A stretch of DNA of 64,000 bases from an uncultured Methanomicrobiales archaeon (lineage in GTDB: Archaea; Halobacteriota; Methanomicrobia; Methanomicrobiales; Methanospirillaceae): contig CAVWXH010000016.1 in assembly GCA_963758915.1 (NCBI GenBank), positions 192,001 to 256,000 on the forward strand. The letters run 5' to 3'. The notes below the pieces were generated by a model, which did not search any database, was not told where the DNA came from, and saw only the letters and a list, made by a program, of their open reading frames with translations. Positions 42,056 through 52,727 of this stretch are shown in pieces (within the stretch, counting starts at the first letter, position 1; each line of letters begins with the position of its first letter). A program made the translations under genes and the position numbers.

Positions 42056-43116
42056 GCGAGGCTCCGGAGGACTGCCCCGAACTCACTCTCTACCACGTGC
42101 CGCACCCCGAGTGTTTTCGGATGAAGGTCAATTTCAACAACGACAAACTGGTGGCCGATCTCTTTTAAGGGTGCGACCTGTCGTGGGCCGTTTGTAATAG
42201 AATAACAGCAGATACCTTCTGTATACTCAGGTGGAATCGCATGGGGGACTCCTGCGAGAAGTGCGAAGTCCGGGTCAATTTCCCTGATCCGTTTTCCCAG
42301 CGCCTCCCCGTTTGCACCATATTCATCAAGTGCCCCGATAGTTTCCAGGGGGACTGAGGCATCAGAAAATGCTTTCCTGATTATTCCGGCATCACGCCGT
42401 ACCTTGGGAAGTCCGCGTTCTTCGAGGTTGGCGATGTAGTTGATATCCGCACCAGGACAGACCTCGTGGAGGGCTATCAGTTCATCGGCGAACATGTATG
42501 CGGTCTCTTTTTTCGCGTTCATCACTGCCACGCCCCGTTCACCCATTTTAATACGATTAAGGAGATCGACGGCAACTTTGTGCTTGAGGTCTCCGCGTGA
42601 TGGCTCGATATATGACTGGCTTGCGGCTCCCCTGAGGCGTTCCACCTCGTTCGCTTTTGAAAGTACGTATTTCTGGCGGTCGAGTTCTTCCGGACTGATC
42701 CAACCAGCTTCTGCCGCAGGGACCAGTGTGGCAATCACCCCGTCAATATTTTCAGGATACCCGGCATGGATGTCTACGACAATTGTCGGGGTCGTGATCC
42801 CTGAATCATCCACCGCTGATAACAGGTCTTCACCAATAATCATGGATACACAGGTGCCTACCACGGCCATTCTGTCAGGAGAAAATTCCCTTTCTGCATA
42901 CTGCAGCGCGGTAACCAGCGGGTCATGTCCACCGAAAATAAATTCGTTATCAGCCAGGGAAGTAGTCAGCACCCGTAAACCGTCCTCTTCGAGGAGACGG
43001 GCGTGCTTGAAGGAACAACCCGAAGGACCGTGCAGGATGGCGACATCCACTTCAAGGTCCCTTGCAGTATAAAGCGCGGCAACAATCGAACTCGGCCTTG
43101 GCTGCATGTATTTCAT
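42052..43116 (-). CDS. cfbD: Ni-sirohydrochlorin a,c-diamide reductive cyclase catalytic subunit
   Basis: QPRPSSIVAALYT, HGPSGC, GTCVSMIIGED, DLHPKTLG. Confidence 0.93.
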   Translation of the reverse strand: MKYMQPRPSSIVAALYTARDLEVDVAILHGPSGCSFKHARLLEEDGLRVLTTSLADNEFIFGGHDPLVTALQYAEREFSPDRMAVVGTCVSMIIGEDLLSAVDDSGITTPTIVVDIHAGYPENIDGVIATLVPAAEAGWISPEELDRQKYVLSKANEVERLRGAASQSYIEPSRGDLKHKVAVDLLNRIKMGERGVAVMNAKKETAYMFADELIALHEVCPGADINYIANLEERGLPKVRRDAGIIRKAFSDASVPLETIGALDEYGANGEALGKRIREIDPDFALLAGVPHAIPPEYTEGICCYSITNGPRQVAPLKEIGHQFVVVEIDLHPKTLGVRHVVESEFGAVLRSLA

Positions 43117-43120
43117 CCTG

Positions 43121-44341
43121 TTATCTCCACGATTTAACTGCGAGTACCACGCACGCATCCTCCGGGGTTGCGAGTGCAGCGGACTTCCCCTCACAAAAGG
43201 TACCTGTGTAGGTAATCCTGTTTGTTTCCAGATATCTGGTTAGAGAAGATGCCATATACTCGTTCCTGTACTGTTCTCCGACAATAACAACCCGGCATGG
43301 CCTGACATTTTCTATTGTGCGGATAATCTCTTCAGGAAGGAATCCTTCACATACTGCGTGGGCCTCCTGACCGATGACCAGTACCAGGTCATCTTTACCG
43401 GAAACCGATCGTGCATACCGTGCGGCGTCTACTGTGGTATCCCTTGTTGTCCCACTGTTTGCATTGTCAATAACAAAATGCCCCTGCTCTGTTGTGACCG
43501 CCATTCTCCCTGGCAATGCAGTAAAATTCCGGAGTGAGACGGGATCGAAACCAAGCATACAGCCTGCTGCTGCAGCAACCATCAGTGGTGTTTTGTAACC
43601 GGCAAGTTCGAAGAGCGTGTTTTCAAACGATCCACTCACACCATTATAAGAATAATCACACCGGTCCCCGGATATCCGGACTATCTCATCCGCATGAACC
43701 ACGTCTGCACGTGATAAATAAACTCCCGGGGCAACAAGGAGACGCCGTGCATGTGCTGAAGAATCCATTTTGATGGCAAGTGCAGATTTCTTCCCGGCAG
43801 CGCACCGGTAATCAAGGGCTGAAGTAATTATTGCAAGGTCCCCGGCACCGGTAACCCCCAGCGACTCTTCCGCAACGAGCCAGCCTCCCTGCTTTCTTGC
43901 GGCAGCAACCACGGAGATCAGGGAGGCCGGTGTGATACTGCGCCTGAAAAGTTTTGCCTGTTCCGGGTAACGGTATGTCCCCCCCGAAGTATGGAGGATA
44001 CCGCATCCAGGCAGTATATGTGCTATTGCATGGGCTGTTGTTGTTTTTCCCTGTGCCCCTGTCAACTCGATCATGGGCTGAGGCAATTCGTCCCCGAGAA
44101 TCCATTTTACTGCTTCATGATGAGTGATCCGGGGGGTGCTCCGGTATTGTTGAAGGATTGGATGATCGGGGTTGAGATGCACGGGGACTATCAATCTGTC
44201 GTAGGAATTCCCCCCATGTGTTGAACTATCCCCTGCTGGCCCCCGGTAAACATCTACCATATCCACGTGATGCCCGGCGGCTGTCAGGGCATTGCCTATT
44301 TCTTTACCACCATGGATGGTATCGAGGACAAGGAGGTCCAT
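43121..44341 (-). CDS. cfbE: Coenzyme F430 synthase (Mur-ligase-like)
   Basis: LDTIHGG, ELTGAQGKTTT, SITPAS, EESLG, DNANSG; between cfbA and cfbD. Confidence 0.9.
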   Translation of the reverse strand: MDLLVLDTIHGGKEIGNALTAAGHHVDMVDVYRGPAGDSSTHGGNSYDRLIVPVHLNPDHPILQQYRSTPRITHHEAVKWILGDELPQPMIELTGAQGKTTTAHAIAHILPGCGILHTSGGTYRYPEQAKLFRRSITPASLISVVAAARKQGGWLVAEESLGVTGAGDLAIITSALDYRCAAGKKSALAIKMDSSAHARRLLVAPGVYLSRADVVHADEIVRISGDRCDYSYNGVSGSFENTLFELAGYKTPLMVAAAAGCMLGFDPVSLRNFTALPGRMAVTTEQGHFVIDNANSGTTRDTTVDAARYARSVSGKDDLVLVIGQEAHAVCEGFLPEEIIRTIENVRPCRVVIVGEQYRNEYMASSLTRYLETNRITYTGTFCEGKSAALATPEDACVVLAVKSWR

Positions 44342-44348
44342 TTTTTAT

Positions 44349-44750
44349 TCAGATCAGAGCTAATGCGTTTTTGGCATTTTTAGCCATCAGGTCCGCAAGG
44401 AGTGGGTCTGATCCAATAGGCTCAGCATATACGAGCGGGATTTCCCTGCCATTCATTGCGAAAGTCCCTTTATATGCCCCTTCCGGGAGACCGATTAATC
44501 CTGGAATATCTTTCAGGATATGCACACCTTTGGCAAGGAAGAGTGGGACAATGACAAGTGCATCAATATTTTCCTTTTTGAACTCATTGAGGCTCTCTTC
44601 GATGCTTGGGGAGTTCATATTCATGAAGGCGCATTTCACGACGTACTCGGGGTGCCTTTCCTGGACTATTTTACCTGTTGATTCAACGAGATCCTGATTG
44701 TAGGGGAGTTTGCTTCCATGTCCTACGAGTAACATTCCCTTCCTTTCCAT
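44349..44750 (-). CDS. cfbA: Sirohydrochlorin nickelochelatase
   Basis: GHGSKLPYN, PLFLAKGVH, EPIG (CbiXS type). Confidence 0.9.
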   Translation of the reverse strand: MERKGMLLVGHGSKLPYNQDLVESTGKIVQERHPEYVVKCAFMNMNSPSIEESLNEFKKENIDALVIVPLFLAKGVHILKDIPGLIGLPEGAYKGTFAMNGREIPLVYAEPIGSDPLLADLMAKNAKNALALI

Positions 44751-45159
44751 ATAGTAAATACTGGTGTGGCGAGTCTTAAAATTGTTACCAAATTATCCTT
44801 ACTTCCAATATTTGCTATATTACTCCCTTTCTTTGTAAAATACGGAAAATAATTCACTTGTCACAGGATAAAAAAACCATGTGGTTCGAAGGGATGACTT
44901 CATAACCGGTAACCAAACAGCCAAAACAGGAGTTAATGAGCATGGTTAGTGCCCGGATTATTGGGTTCACACCCTGGTGATACGGTGAAAAAATCCGGTC
45001 AACGCTTTTTAGTCTCAAATTCAAAGCAAATTTTAAAATTAACCATGATTTTCAGTATTATATTGTTATGAGTACAATAGTTTTGTTCTTTGTGAAACAA
45101 CTCCGGTTGACATCACGCCAAAAGTAATTTTGCCTGTGACTTTCAATTTATATGAATCC

Positions 45160-46296
45160 ATGATGGAGCACTTTGAGAGATTCGGACTTCTGATAAATAA
45201 CCAGGTGGTGCGGACACCCGTCGCTATAGCTTCTATGGCAGGATATGTCGATGCGGAGTACGTGCGTGCCCGTGAGAAGCACATCGGTCTGGCATTTATC
45301 GGAGGGTACTCCATCGATGAACCGGCAATGAGGGCAAGTGTGCTGATGGCTTCGGGAGGGAGGGAGGAATTCCTTCGAGAGGATATGATTTCCGAACTGC
45401 ACAGCCAGGTCTCCCGCATGGCCGGAAGTGATGTTGTACTCGGGATCAACATGAGAGGATGTTCTCCCGCAGCCTTTACCACGGTCGCTGAAGAGTTTGG
45501 TGATGGTGTGGTCTATGAAATTGATGCCCATTGCCGCCAGCTACCCATGGTAGAGGCGGGGTCCGGTGAATATTACCTTAAAAACCCTGCAAAGCTTACC
45601 GACATAGTTACAACACTTAAAAAGTCTGGTGTAACTGTTTCTGTTAAAATCCGGGCAGGCGTCGCCACTGATGACCGCGCACTGGCGAAGGCCCTGTGGA
45701 AAGCAGGGGCGGACATTCTTCATGTTGACCTGATGGATTTTGGGTACCTTAAACTTAAGCAAATCAGGAACAGCTGCCCTGTCCTTTTAATTGCAAATAA
45801 CTCGCTGAATACGTTTGACCGCGTAAAGGACATGTTTGCTCATGGTGCAGACATGGTCTCGCTCGCAAGAAAATCAGATGAACGGACATTATCCGGGCTC
45901 GATGCGGCTATTACAAGGTATACCGATGAGCAGGGGTGGTACAATGCGCCAAAACAACTCTGCCGTGGCGGGGATATAAGGGCACTTACCTTCTGCTGTA
46001 TGCCCGTGAAAAGCTGCCCGTTAATTCCCACGCTTGATAGTCTCGGTATAAAGCGGGATGAATATATCAGGCTGAAGGAGGAATCCGTTCTGGGTACTCC
46101 TCTTGAGGCGGGAAAAAATACCTGTTTCGGAAGCCTTGCATGGTGCTGCAAGAACTCATCCCCCTGTATGTTCCGTGATATCACACTTCAACAGGCCGGG
46201 ATTCCCAGCAAGGAATATATGCGGTTGAAACGTCAGCTTTCTGAAAAGATAATTCATCATATCTACAATGACAGGGAAGGGGATGACGCCTGCTGA
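45160..46296 (+). CDS. Dus-like TIM barrel fused to methanogenesis marker 9 domain
   Basis: IASMAG, EIDAHCRQ, SVKIRAG; C-terminal LCRGGD.RALTFCC..K.CP, TCFGSLAWCCK..PC. Confidence 0.85.
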   Translation: MMEHFERFGLLINNQVVRTPVAIASMAGYVDAEYVRAREKHIGLAFIGGYSIDEPAMRASVLMASGGREEFLREDMISELHSQVSRMAGSDVVLGINMRGCSPAAFTTVAEEFGDGVVYEIDAHCRQLPMVEAGSGEYYLKNPAKLTDIVTTLKKSGVTVSVKIRAGVATDDRALAKALWKAGADILHVDLMDFGYLKLKQIRNSCPVLLIANNSLNTFDRVKDMFAHGADMVSLARKSDERTLSGLDAAITRYTDEQGWYNAPKQLCRGGDIRALTFCCMPVKSCPLIPTLDSLGIKRDEYIRLKEESVLGTPLEAGKNTCFGSLAWCCKNSSPCMFRDITLQQAGIPSKEYMRLKRQLSEKIIHHIYNDREGDDAC

Positions 46297-47089
46297 GCAG
46301 GCACAGATGGCAATGATGCTCGAGGTCACCGCATATCCCAAACCAGGGAATGTTGACCGCTGCCATGATTACCCTAGCACCTGCCTCGAACATTTCCTTG
46401 CATCGATTATTCTCTCACGACCTTCATTTGAAAGGGCATCGGAACCAGGTGCCTCGGTGGGCGCACTTATTTATGATGCGGTTCAGCGCACTAATGTCCA
46501 TTCCGGGGGAAATACCCATTTTGGAGCGTTTATGCTCCTTATTCCTCTCATAATGGGGGGGGATATCCCCGGTGCGATGAGGGTTGTCCGTGCTACCACT
46601 GTTAATGATGCTGTGGACTTTTACAAGGCGTTTGGGATGACCCAGGTGAGAGTACTGTCTTATGATAGTCTCGACGTGAATGATCCCTCTGCCCTTGACA
46701 CCATCAGGCAGCAGCAGCTGACCCTGTACGATATTATGGGTCATTCATCGGAAAATGACATGATCGCAAGGGAATGGACAAGTGGATTTAAAAAGGTGAG
46801 AATGGGGGCTGACTGTCTTAAGGCCAACGGGCGAGGAAGAAATTCAATTGTAATGTCTTTTTTAGATCTCCTTTGTGATGAGCCTGACACGTTTATTATC
46901 AAGAAACACGGGTGTGAAATTGCAGAAAAAACAATGGAAAGGGCCCGCGAGGTGCGCAAAGGCACCCTCGAACTCGCTACGTTTGACAGGAATTGTATCT
47001 ATGCCGGCATTAACCCCGGTTCAACTGCAGATATCATTATCGGGTCTCTCTATATTGCAATGGGGGAAGGATGGCAATGGGACTCTTAA
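46283..47089 (+). CDS. CitG-family (triphosphoribosyl-dephospho-CoA synthase-like) protein
   Basis: LEV..PKPGNV, GGNTHFG, NPGSTAD. Confidence 0.85.
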   Translation: MTPAEQAQMAMMLEVTAYPKPGNVDRCHDYPSTCLEHFLASIILSRPSFERASEPGASVGALIYDAVQRTNVHSGGNTHFGAFMLLIPLIMGGDIPGAMRVVRATTVNDAVDFYKAFGMTQVRVLSYDSLDVNDPSALDTIRQQQLTLYDIMGHSSENDMIAREWTSGFKKVRMGADCLKANGRGRNSIVMSFLDLLCDEPDTFIIKKHGCEIAEKTMERAREVRKGTLELATFDRNCIYAGINPGSTADIIIGSLYIAMGEGWQWDS

Positions 47090-47637
47090 ACGAAGGGATT
47101 AACGAAATAATAGCGACAACTCACCTGAATGCAGCCCCTATAGGGATTATCCGGAGAAACGAAAAGCTCCGCATGGTCCTGTACCACGGCTCTCACACTG
47201 CGGAACGGGTAGTTTCCGGAGGCTGGGTTGTTGCAAACTTCATTTTTGATCCGGTACTGTATGTTACCACGGCCTTTGATGACCTGCCTGAAGAGCTATT
47301 TATTGAGGAAAATGCCGGAGAATTCACCGTTGAAAGACTTTCCTCCTGTGAAGCATGGGCGGCTTACAAGGCAAAGGTCGAACGTAGTACCGGGCAGAGC
47401 CTGCTTATCTCACTGGAGCCTGTCAGGGAAGAGATCGGAAATCTCGTGTTACATCCTGTAAACCGGGGCTTTAACAGTATCATTGATGCCACAGTTCATG
47501 GTACACGGTACAAAGTGACCCGTGAAAAGGGATTGCTGGATTTAATTGAATATCACGCGGGAATTATTAAAAAGTGCGGAGGCCCCCGGGAATCAGAAGC
47601 ACTGATACTTCTTTTTGACTATATTGACTATCCCTGA
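47071..47637 (+). CDS. DUF447 family protein
   Basis: EIIATT..NAAPIG, GSHT, NRGFNSIIDATVHGTR. Confidence 0.8.
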   Translation: MAMGLLNEGINEIIATTHLNAAPIGIIRRNEKLRMVLYHGSHTAERVVSGGWVVANFIFDPVLYVTTAFDDLPEELFIEENAGEFTVERLSSCEAWAAYKAKVERSTGQSLLISLEPVREEIGNLVLHPVNRGFNSIIDATVHGTRYKVTREKGLLDLIEYHAGIIKKCGGPRESEALILLFDYIDYP

Positions 47638-47801
47638 TATTTCAGCGAGGGTCTGGAAAATATTAACGTCCTGGCTGATATGAAAAACTCCGGTCAAACA
47701 TCTGAAAGATAACCTTTTTCATGCTCATCTATGAGCCAAAGGCTCATAGCACGCTAATGTTGAAGCACGCATGAACGGGACTAAAAAACAGGGGTGATCT
47801 T

Positions 47802-48797
47802 TCAGCAGACACGGGGTACCGGGTCGCCTATTGGGGGCTCAATGAACCGCTCTCCTCCAATTGGCGTCTCCATAATTACCCCCGATCCCTTTGTGACCAT
47901 CCCAACAATTGCGGCATCCCTGCCATATTTATGGGATTTTATCGCAGCCAGGATGGCCCCGGCATCTGCCTCCGGGACCCCCATTACAACTTTTCCCTCG
48001 TTGGCTACTTCAAGAGGGTCGATACCCAGCATACCAGCAGCACTGCGGACGCTTTTACGCAACGGGAGTGCCTCTTCATATATCCGCACACCAGTACCTG
48101 ACTTTCTCGCCATTTCATTGATTGCGCTGGCAAATCCCCCCCGTGTCGGGTCTTTCATCGCGTGAATACGACCTGCACCAAGGGCTTCCTTTACAAGTCC
48201 CCAGACCGGGGCAACATCGGAACGGATCTGCTCCCCAAGGTCAAAGCCCTCCCTGTGCGCAAGGATTGCTATTCCGTGATCCCCAAGCGTCCCGCTCACA
48301 ATGATCCGGTCGCCGGGAACAAGGCCGTTATCACGAACAATTTCTTCTGCTACACCGATCCCCGAGGTATTGATCATGATTCCATCTAGCGCTCCACGTT
48401 CCATTACCTTTGTATCGCCGGTGACGAGATTCGCACCTGCTTCACCAAGTGCCTCGTCCATTGAAGCAACGATCCGTTCGAGGTCGCTGATCTCGAACCC
48501 TTCTTCAATAACCATCCCGCAGGAGAGGGCGATTGGGCACCCCCCCATCATCGCGAGGTCATTTACCGTCCCGGCAATTGCAATGCGTCCAATGTCGCCC
48601 CCCGGGAAAAAGATCGGTCTCACAATATGCGAATCGGTAGTGAACACAATATTTTTTCCGCCGATTGGAAATACTGCGCCATCATCCAGGGATTCAAGTC
48701 CGATTCCTCCGGCATTGTTATGGGTAATCTTTGTAAGGACGCGAAGAAGTTCACCCATCACTTCCCCGCCGGCTCCGTGCATCATATTGACTTTCAT
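47802..48797 (-). CDS. hypE: Hydrogenase maturation protein HypE
   Basis: HGAGG, TTDSH, GTVNDL, GDTKV, DPTRGG, C-terminal PRVC. Confidence 0.96.
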   Translation of the reverse strand: MKVNMMHGAGGEVMGELLRVLTKITHNNAGGIGLESLDDGAVFPIGGKNIVFTTDSHIVRPIFFPGGDIGRIAIAGTVNDLAMMGGCPIALSCGMVIEEGFEISDLERIVASMDEALGEAGANLVTGDTKVMERGALDGIMINTSGIGVAEEIVRDNGLVPGDRIIVSGTLGDHGIAILAHREGFDLGEQIRSDVAPVWGLVKEALGAGRIHAMKDPTRGGFASAINEMARKSGTGVRIYEEALPLRKSVRSAAGMLGIDPLEVANEGKVVMGVPEADAGAILAAIKSHKYGRDAAIVGMVTKGSGVIMETPIGGERFIEPPIGDPVPRVC

Positions 48798-48800
48798 CGT

Positions 48801-49136
48801 TCAGTCAACCTCTACTTCGATATTTGAGACAAGGACCTCTTTTCCCCTGACTAACTCCGGTAATGCTCCACATACAGGGCAGACATAAAGAGTTGTCCCT
48901 TCATATCCACAGATACACTTTACCTCCGCGGGAATCGTTTTGGTCTCAAGTGTTACCCCCTTAAAAAGCGGGTCTTCTTCTGCAATTGCATGGAACAGGA
49001 ACTCCACCTGGTCTGGATTAACCATGGCCATCTCGCCGATATCGATATATATCCGCTTTACCTGGATCGCCCGGTGTTCGAGTGCCGCTTTCCGTGCTGT
49101 TGCATAGATATCATATGCAATGCTGTATTCATGCAT
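48801..49136 (-). CDS. hypA: Hydrogenase nickel chaperone HypA
   Basis: MHE start, CxC...CPVC. Confidence 0.93.
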   Translation of the reverse strand: MHEYSIAYDIYATARKAALEHRAIQVKRIYIDIGEMAMVNPDQVEFLFHAIAEEDPLFKGVTLETKTIPAEVKCICGYEGTTLYVCPVCGALPELVRGKEVLVSNIEVEVD

Positions 49137-49294
49137 CCGGAAAATACTCCTGCTGTATCCTTAGTTATATACCCATTCTATGGTGATAAAGGCGGGGCAC
49201 CAGGCCCTGGAAACCCCCTGGCTCCCGGGTTCTTTATTACCCATTCATGTCCGTTTATTCAAATACAATCGCAGGTAACTATGACTGTACTTCT

Positions 49295-49945
49295 ATGTTT
49301 CCGGGTCTCCCTGATTTTTTCACACAGATTGATAAGACCGTTCCCATGATGACCGAATCATATGGTTTCTGGGTCTATTGCATATTTTTTATCCTGATCC
49401 TTTTTGAGACCGGCGTGATAATTACACCGTTCCTGCCCGGGGACTCACTGTTATTTGTTGCAGGGATGGTGGCAGCGCAGGGAAGTCTTGATATCGTGTG
49501 GCTGGTTATGACGTTCCTCGTTGCAGGTATTGCAGGTGATACCCTGAACTACTGGATCGGCAACCATATCGGTTTCCGGGTTGTACAGCAACGCTTTCCT
49601 TCAATCGTCCGGAAAAAATATATCAGCCGGACGTATGGATTTTTTGAGCGATATGGCGGGAAAACTATTTTTTTCGCCCGTTTTATACCATTACTCAGGA
49701 CATTTGCCCCGTTCCTTGCGGGAGTGGTCTCAATGGACTACCGGCGGTTTGTTTTTTTCAACGTGGCGGGGGCTATCGTCTGGGCTTTCCTGTTAACCAT
49801 GGCCGGTTACTATCTGGGTTCAATTCCGTTTATCCGGGACAACCTATCCCTTTTCATCACGTTGTTCATTATCCTGACCATGATATCAATCATCATATTC
49901 GCGGCAGGTTTGATCAAAGCTGTAAGGGATGGCAGCATGGAATGA
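49295..49945 (+). CDS. DedA/VTT family membrane protein
   Basis: FETG..PFLPGDSLLF, ARFIPLLRTFAPF. Confidence 0.92.
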   Translation: MFPGLPDFFTQIDKTVPMMTESYGFWVYCIFFILILFETGVIITPFLPGDSLLFVAGMVAAQGSLDIVWLVMTFLVAGIAGDTLNYWIGNHIGFRVVQQRFPSIVRKKYISRTYGFFERYGGKTIFFARFIPLLRTFAPFLAGVVSMDYRRFVFFNVAGAIVWAFLLTMAGYYLGSIPFIRDNLSLFITLFIILTMISIIIFAAGLIKAVRDGSME

Positions 49946-50048
49946 CAGGATGATGGATGATGGGATGCCAGGCGCAGTATCCCGGATATAAGCCTGTATT
50001 ACCAGGAAAATAGTGGGGTATTGGTAGAATATGAGGGTTTCCGGGTTA

Positions 50049-51119
50049 CTATTTAGGTAAATGGACTACACTGAGCCCTTTATTATCCACGTTCGTCCTG
50101 ATTGCAATTTTCAGCCCCAGGGGGTGAAGCACTGATTCAACAAATTCATGACTCCGGTTTGTGATGATGGCAATTGCCGGACCAACCGAACTCATACCCA
50201 CAAACTCAAGCCCGGCATCACGAAGCTGGCTCATGATATGGTAGATGGCGAAACTATGATGTTCCACTTCTGCCCGTTTCGAGCCCCTGAAATCTATCTC
50301 CCATATCACATCACCAACTTTTTTAAGATCCCCGGATTCGATTGCAGGGACCATATCCATCATAATCATATAGGCTTTCAGTTCGCGGTCACGGTAGTCG
50401 AGCATTCTTGCCTTATTCATCAGGAGGTCAAATTCCTGGTCTCCTGCCGATGAGATATCTGTCGGTGGAATAACAATATACACGTGGCTCTCATCGGCAA
50501 ACGGGTGGTGATATATCAAAGAAAGTTCGTCGCCCATTACTGCCATGCCCCCGTGGACACTCACTGCGGGACCGACCCCTGTCTCAAACCCGGATGCGAT
50601 TCTTCCATCTGCGGTTTCTTCAACATAGTTGTAACCAACGAGTTTCCGGAGCTGGTCATCAGTCAGCGGGGACCCGACAGACACATTGAGTGCTTTTGCA
50701 AGTGCAATCATTACCGTACTGGTTGATCCGAGTCCTACATGCTTATGCTCATGGTCCCGTGCCCTGATGCGGAATCCTCCGGTATACCCAATGGTCTTCC
50801 GGAACACACTGACAAAATGCCGGATCAATGCTGCACGGGAGTAATCTATCTCAAGGCCTTCCCGGGTGCACTCAACTGAAACAGTACAGTATACCTGGAT
50901 TGCAAAACCGATCCCTCCTCCCCCCGGGCGATCAGGAGAGAAACGGTTCATATCCAGCACTGTAAGGTGAATCCTTGCCGGTGCGTTAACGGTTATAACT
51001 TCATCCGCCGGTACAAGTGAATAGGACCCTTCATATCCCAGAGTCCTGATATTTTCGCCTGGAGAAAACGATGTAAATTCATACTCGACGAGGTCGAGGT
51101 CCCCGCCGCGTATCTTCAT
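50049..51119 (-). CDS. GHMP-fold protein, RFAP synthase paralog
   Basis: APARIHLTVLDM, GGGIG, HVGLGST, GMSSVGP. Confidence 0.78.
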   Translation of the reverse strand: MKIRGGDLDLVEYEFTSFSPGENIRTLGYEGSYSLVPADEVITVNAPARIHLTVLDMNRFSPDRPGGGGIGFAIQVYCTVSVECTREGLEIDYSRAALIRHFVSVFRKTIGYTGGFRIRARDHEHKHVGLGSTSTVMIALAKALNVSVGSPLTDDQLRKLVGYNYVEETADGRIASGFETGVGPAVSVHGGMAVMGDELSLIYHHPFADESHVYIVIPPTDISSAGDQEFDLLMNKARMLDYRDRELKAYMIMMDMVPAIESGDLKKVGDVIWEIDFRGSKRAEVEHHSFAIYHIMSQLRDAGLEFVGMSSVGPAIAIITNRSHEFVESVLHPLGLKIAIRTNVDNKGLSVVHLPK

Positions 51120-51152
51120 TATTGCCATCCTGGAAATCACCTTTGTTTGCAG

Positions 51153-51715
51153 TTATCTGTCAAAGAATATGTTCTTTCCTGATCCTTTGAGTGGGATACC
51201 ATATACAGATGTACCTCCATTGAGCCACCCAAGGGCACGTGCGGCAACTCCGGCTGAATACATGATCCTGTTATCCACATTATGCACCTGGGCCGTCTTC
51301 ACGGCTGATCCGACCGCGATATCAAGATCTGAAATCCTGATAATGCAGTTAGGCCCGGCAAACGGAACACTGGCAGGTTCTTTTTGGGCGAATGCATCCT
51401 GTAAGTCAGTACAGGTTGGAAAACCACATCCCTGGCAATTGACACCCACAGCCACCGCTCCCCTGATACCGAAAAGGACACAGGCATCGCTTACGGCCAT
51501 GCATTTTCCATCCCTGATAAAAAACGGGACGGCATTTCGTTCACCAATGGCAACCATCTCGTCTGCGAGCTGCTTTAACTCCGTATCCGAGATTTTTTTA
51601 GTTTTAATTTCATCTACGCCCCGTGCTTTCTGGGCCGCCCTCGCCGGAGGACCATCAGGCCAGCCACCGTCCTGATTGCCTCAGTCTCTTCAGTCTGGGG
51701 TATCGTCAGATGCAC
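51153..51715 (-). pseudogene. Ferredoxin-domain protein (DUF2148-like), frameshifted near 51648
   Basis: C-terminal NCQGCGFPTC, GPNC, VDNRIMYSAG, KNIFFDR; upstream EAIRTVAGLM is out of frame with ARAAQKARGVD. Confidence 0.6.
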
Positions 51716-51842
51716 GACAATTTAAATTCGATCTACCCGCCTTCAATTATGGTTAAATGGGTTGAAAAAAAGATTTGGTGACCGATTGTAGTTACCCTTT
51801 CAGTGAGATTTTGTCAGGCAGGTGTCCATCCTTTCAACGACT

Positions 51843-52358
51843 CTATGATGTTACAACAATTTGTGCAAGAACTACTGCGAGGTTCACGGACTCGTTACCG
51901 GTTGCATCCCCTTTTGCGTACAGGTAATCAACAACCCCGATGGTTTGTCCGGAAAGGAATCCGCTTTCACCCTGGTTACCTTTATGCCAGGCATATCCGG
52001 AATCAGCTATTTTTTCTTCACTGACTGAATAATTTCCAAGTTCCTTCTTCATGGAACTGAATGAATTTTGTGCAGCTGAAATTGAGGGATACCTGGTAAG
52101 GGTGACCACTATCGTGTCACCATTAGCCGCGAGAAGTTGCTGCCTGCAGGAACCTTCTGCACAGAGGGAGCTGTTAATATACCAGTCCTGCGGGGACCTC
52201 TCAAGGTAACCGTCAAACATTGACAACCTCTCATACAGATCTGATTTCCCGGTCAGTACCGGGGTATTTTTTTCTTTAGAGGTACCTGATGTGCCCATAC
52301 ATCCCGCTGTCAATAATCCCAGTAGTACAAGTGCAACTAACCAATTGTTACTATTCAT
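51843..52358 (-). CDS. Hypothetical lipoprotein
   Basis: LLTAGC lipobox followed by an S/T/G linker. Confidence 0.65.
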   Translation of the reverse strand: MNSNNWLVALVLLGLLTAGCMGTSGTSKEKNTPVLTGKSDLYERLSMFDGYLERSPQDWYINSSLCAEGSCRQQLLAANGDTIVVTLTRYPSISAAQNSFSSMKKELGNYSVSEEKIADSGYAWHKGNQGESGFLSGQTIGVVDYLYAKGDATGNESVNLAVVLAQIVVTS

Positions 52359-52727
52359 CTCTTCCCCACTATCACTTCTTTTCATTCTCGCCCTGAATAG
52401 TATATAGTTATGAGGGAGACCTTTTGAGTTGACCCGGTTTACCTGGCAGTGATTATTAAAAATCGTTATCAGGGCAGGAAAATATCCAATTCCTTCGCAT
52501 AACGCGTTTCACAATATGTGAAATAACCGGGTGTACCAGGTACCGGCCTTCCAGCCTACCCCCTCCCTCCAAGACTGGAGAAGTACAATGCAGGAAAATT
52601 TAATGCTGGTTTTTTTGGTCAAGCCATTTTTGTAAAGGCCCTCATCTCGAAATCATTTTATTCTGACTAAGACGTATGGTTTCATAGTCATTTGGAGACT
52701 CTTTAACTATACAGGTGATTCGGAAAT

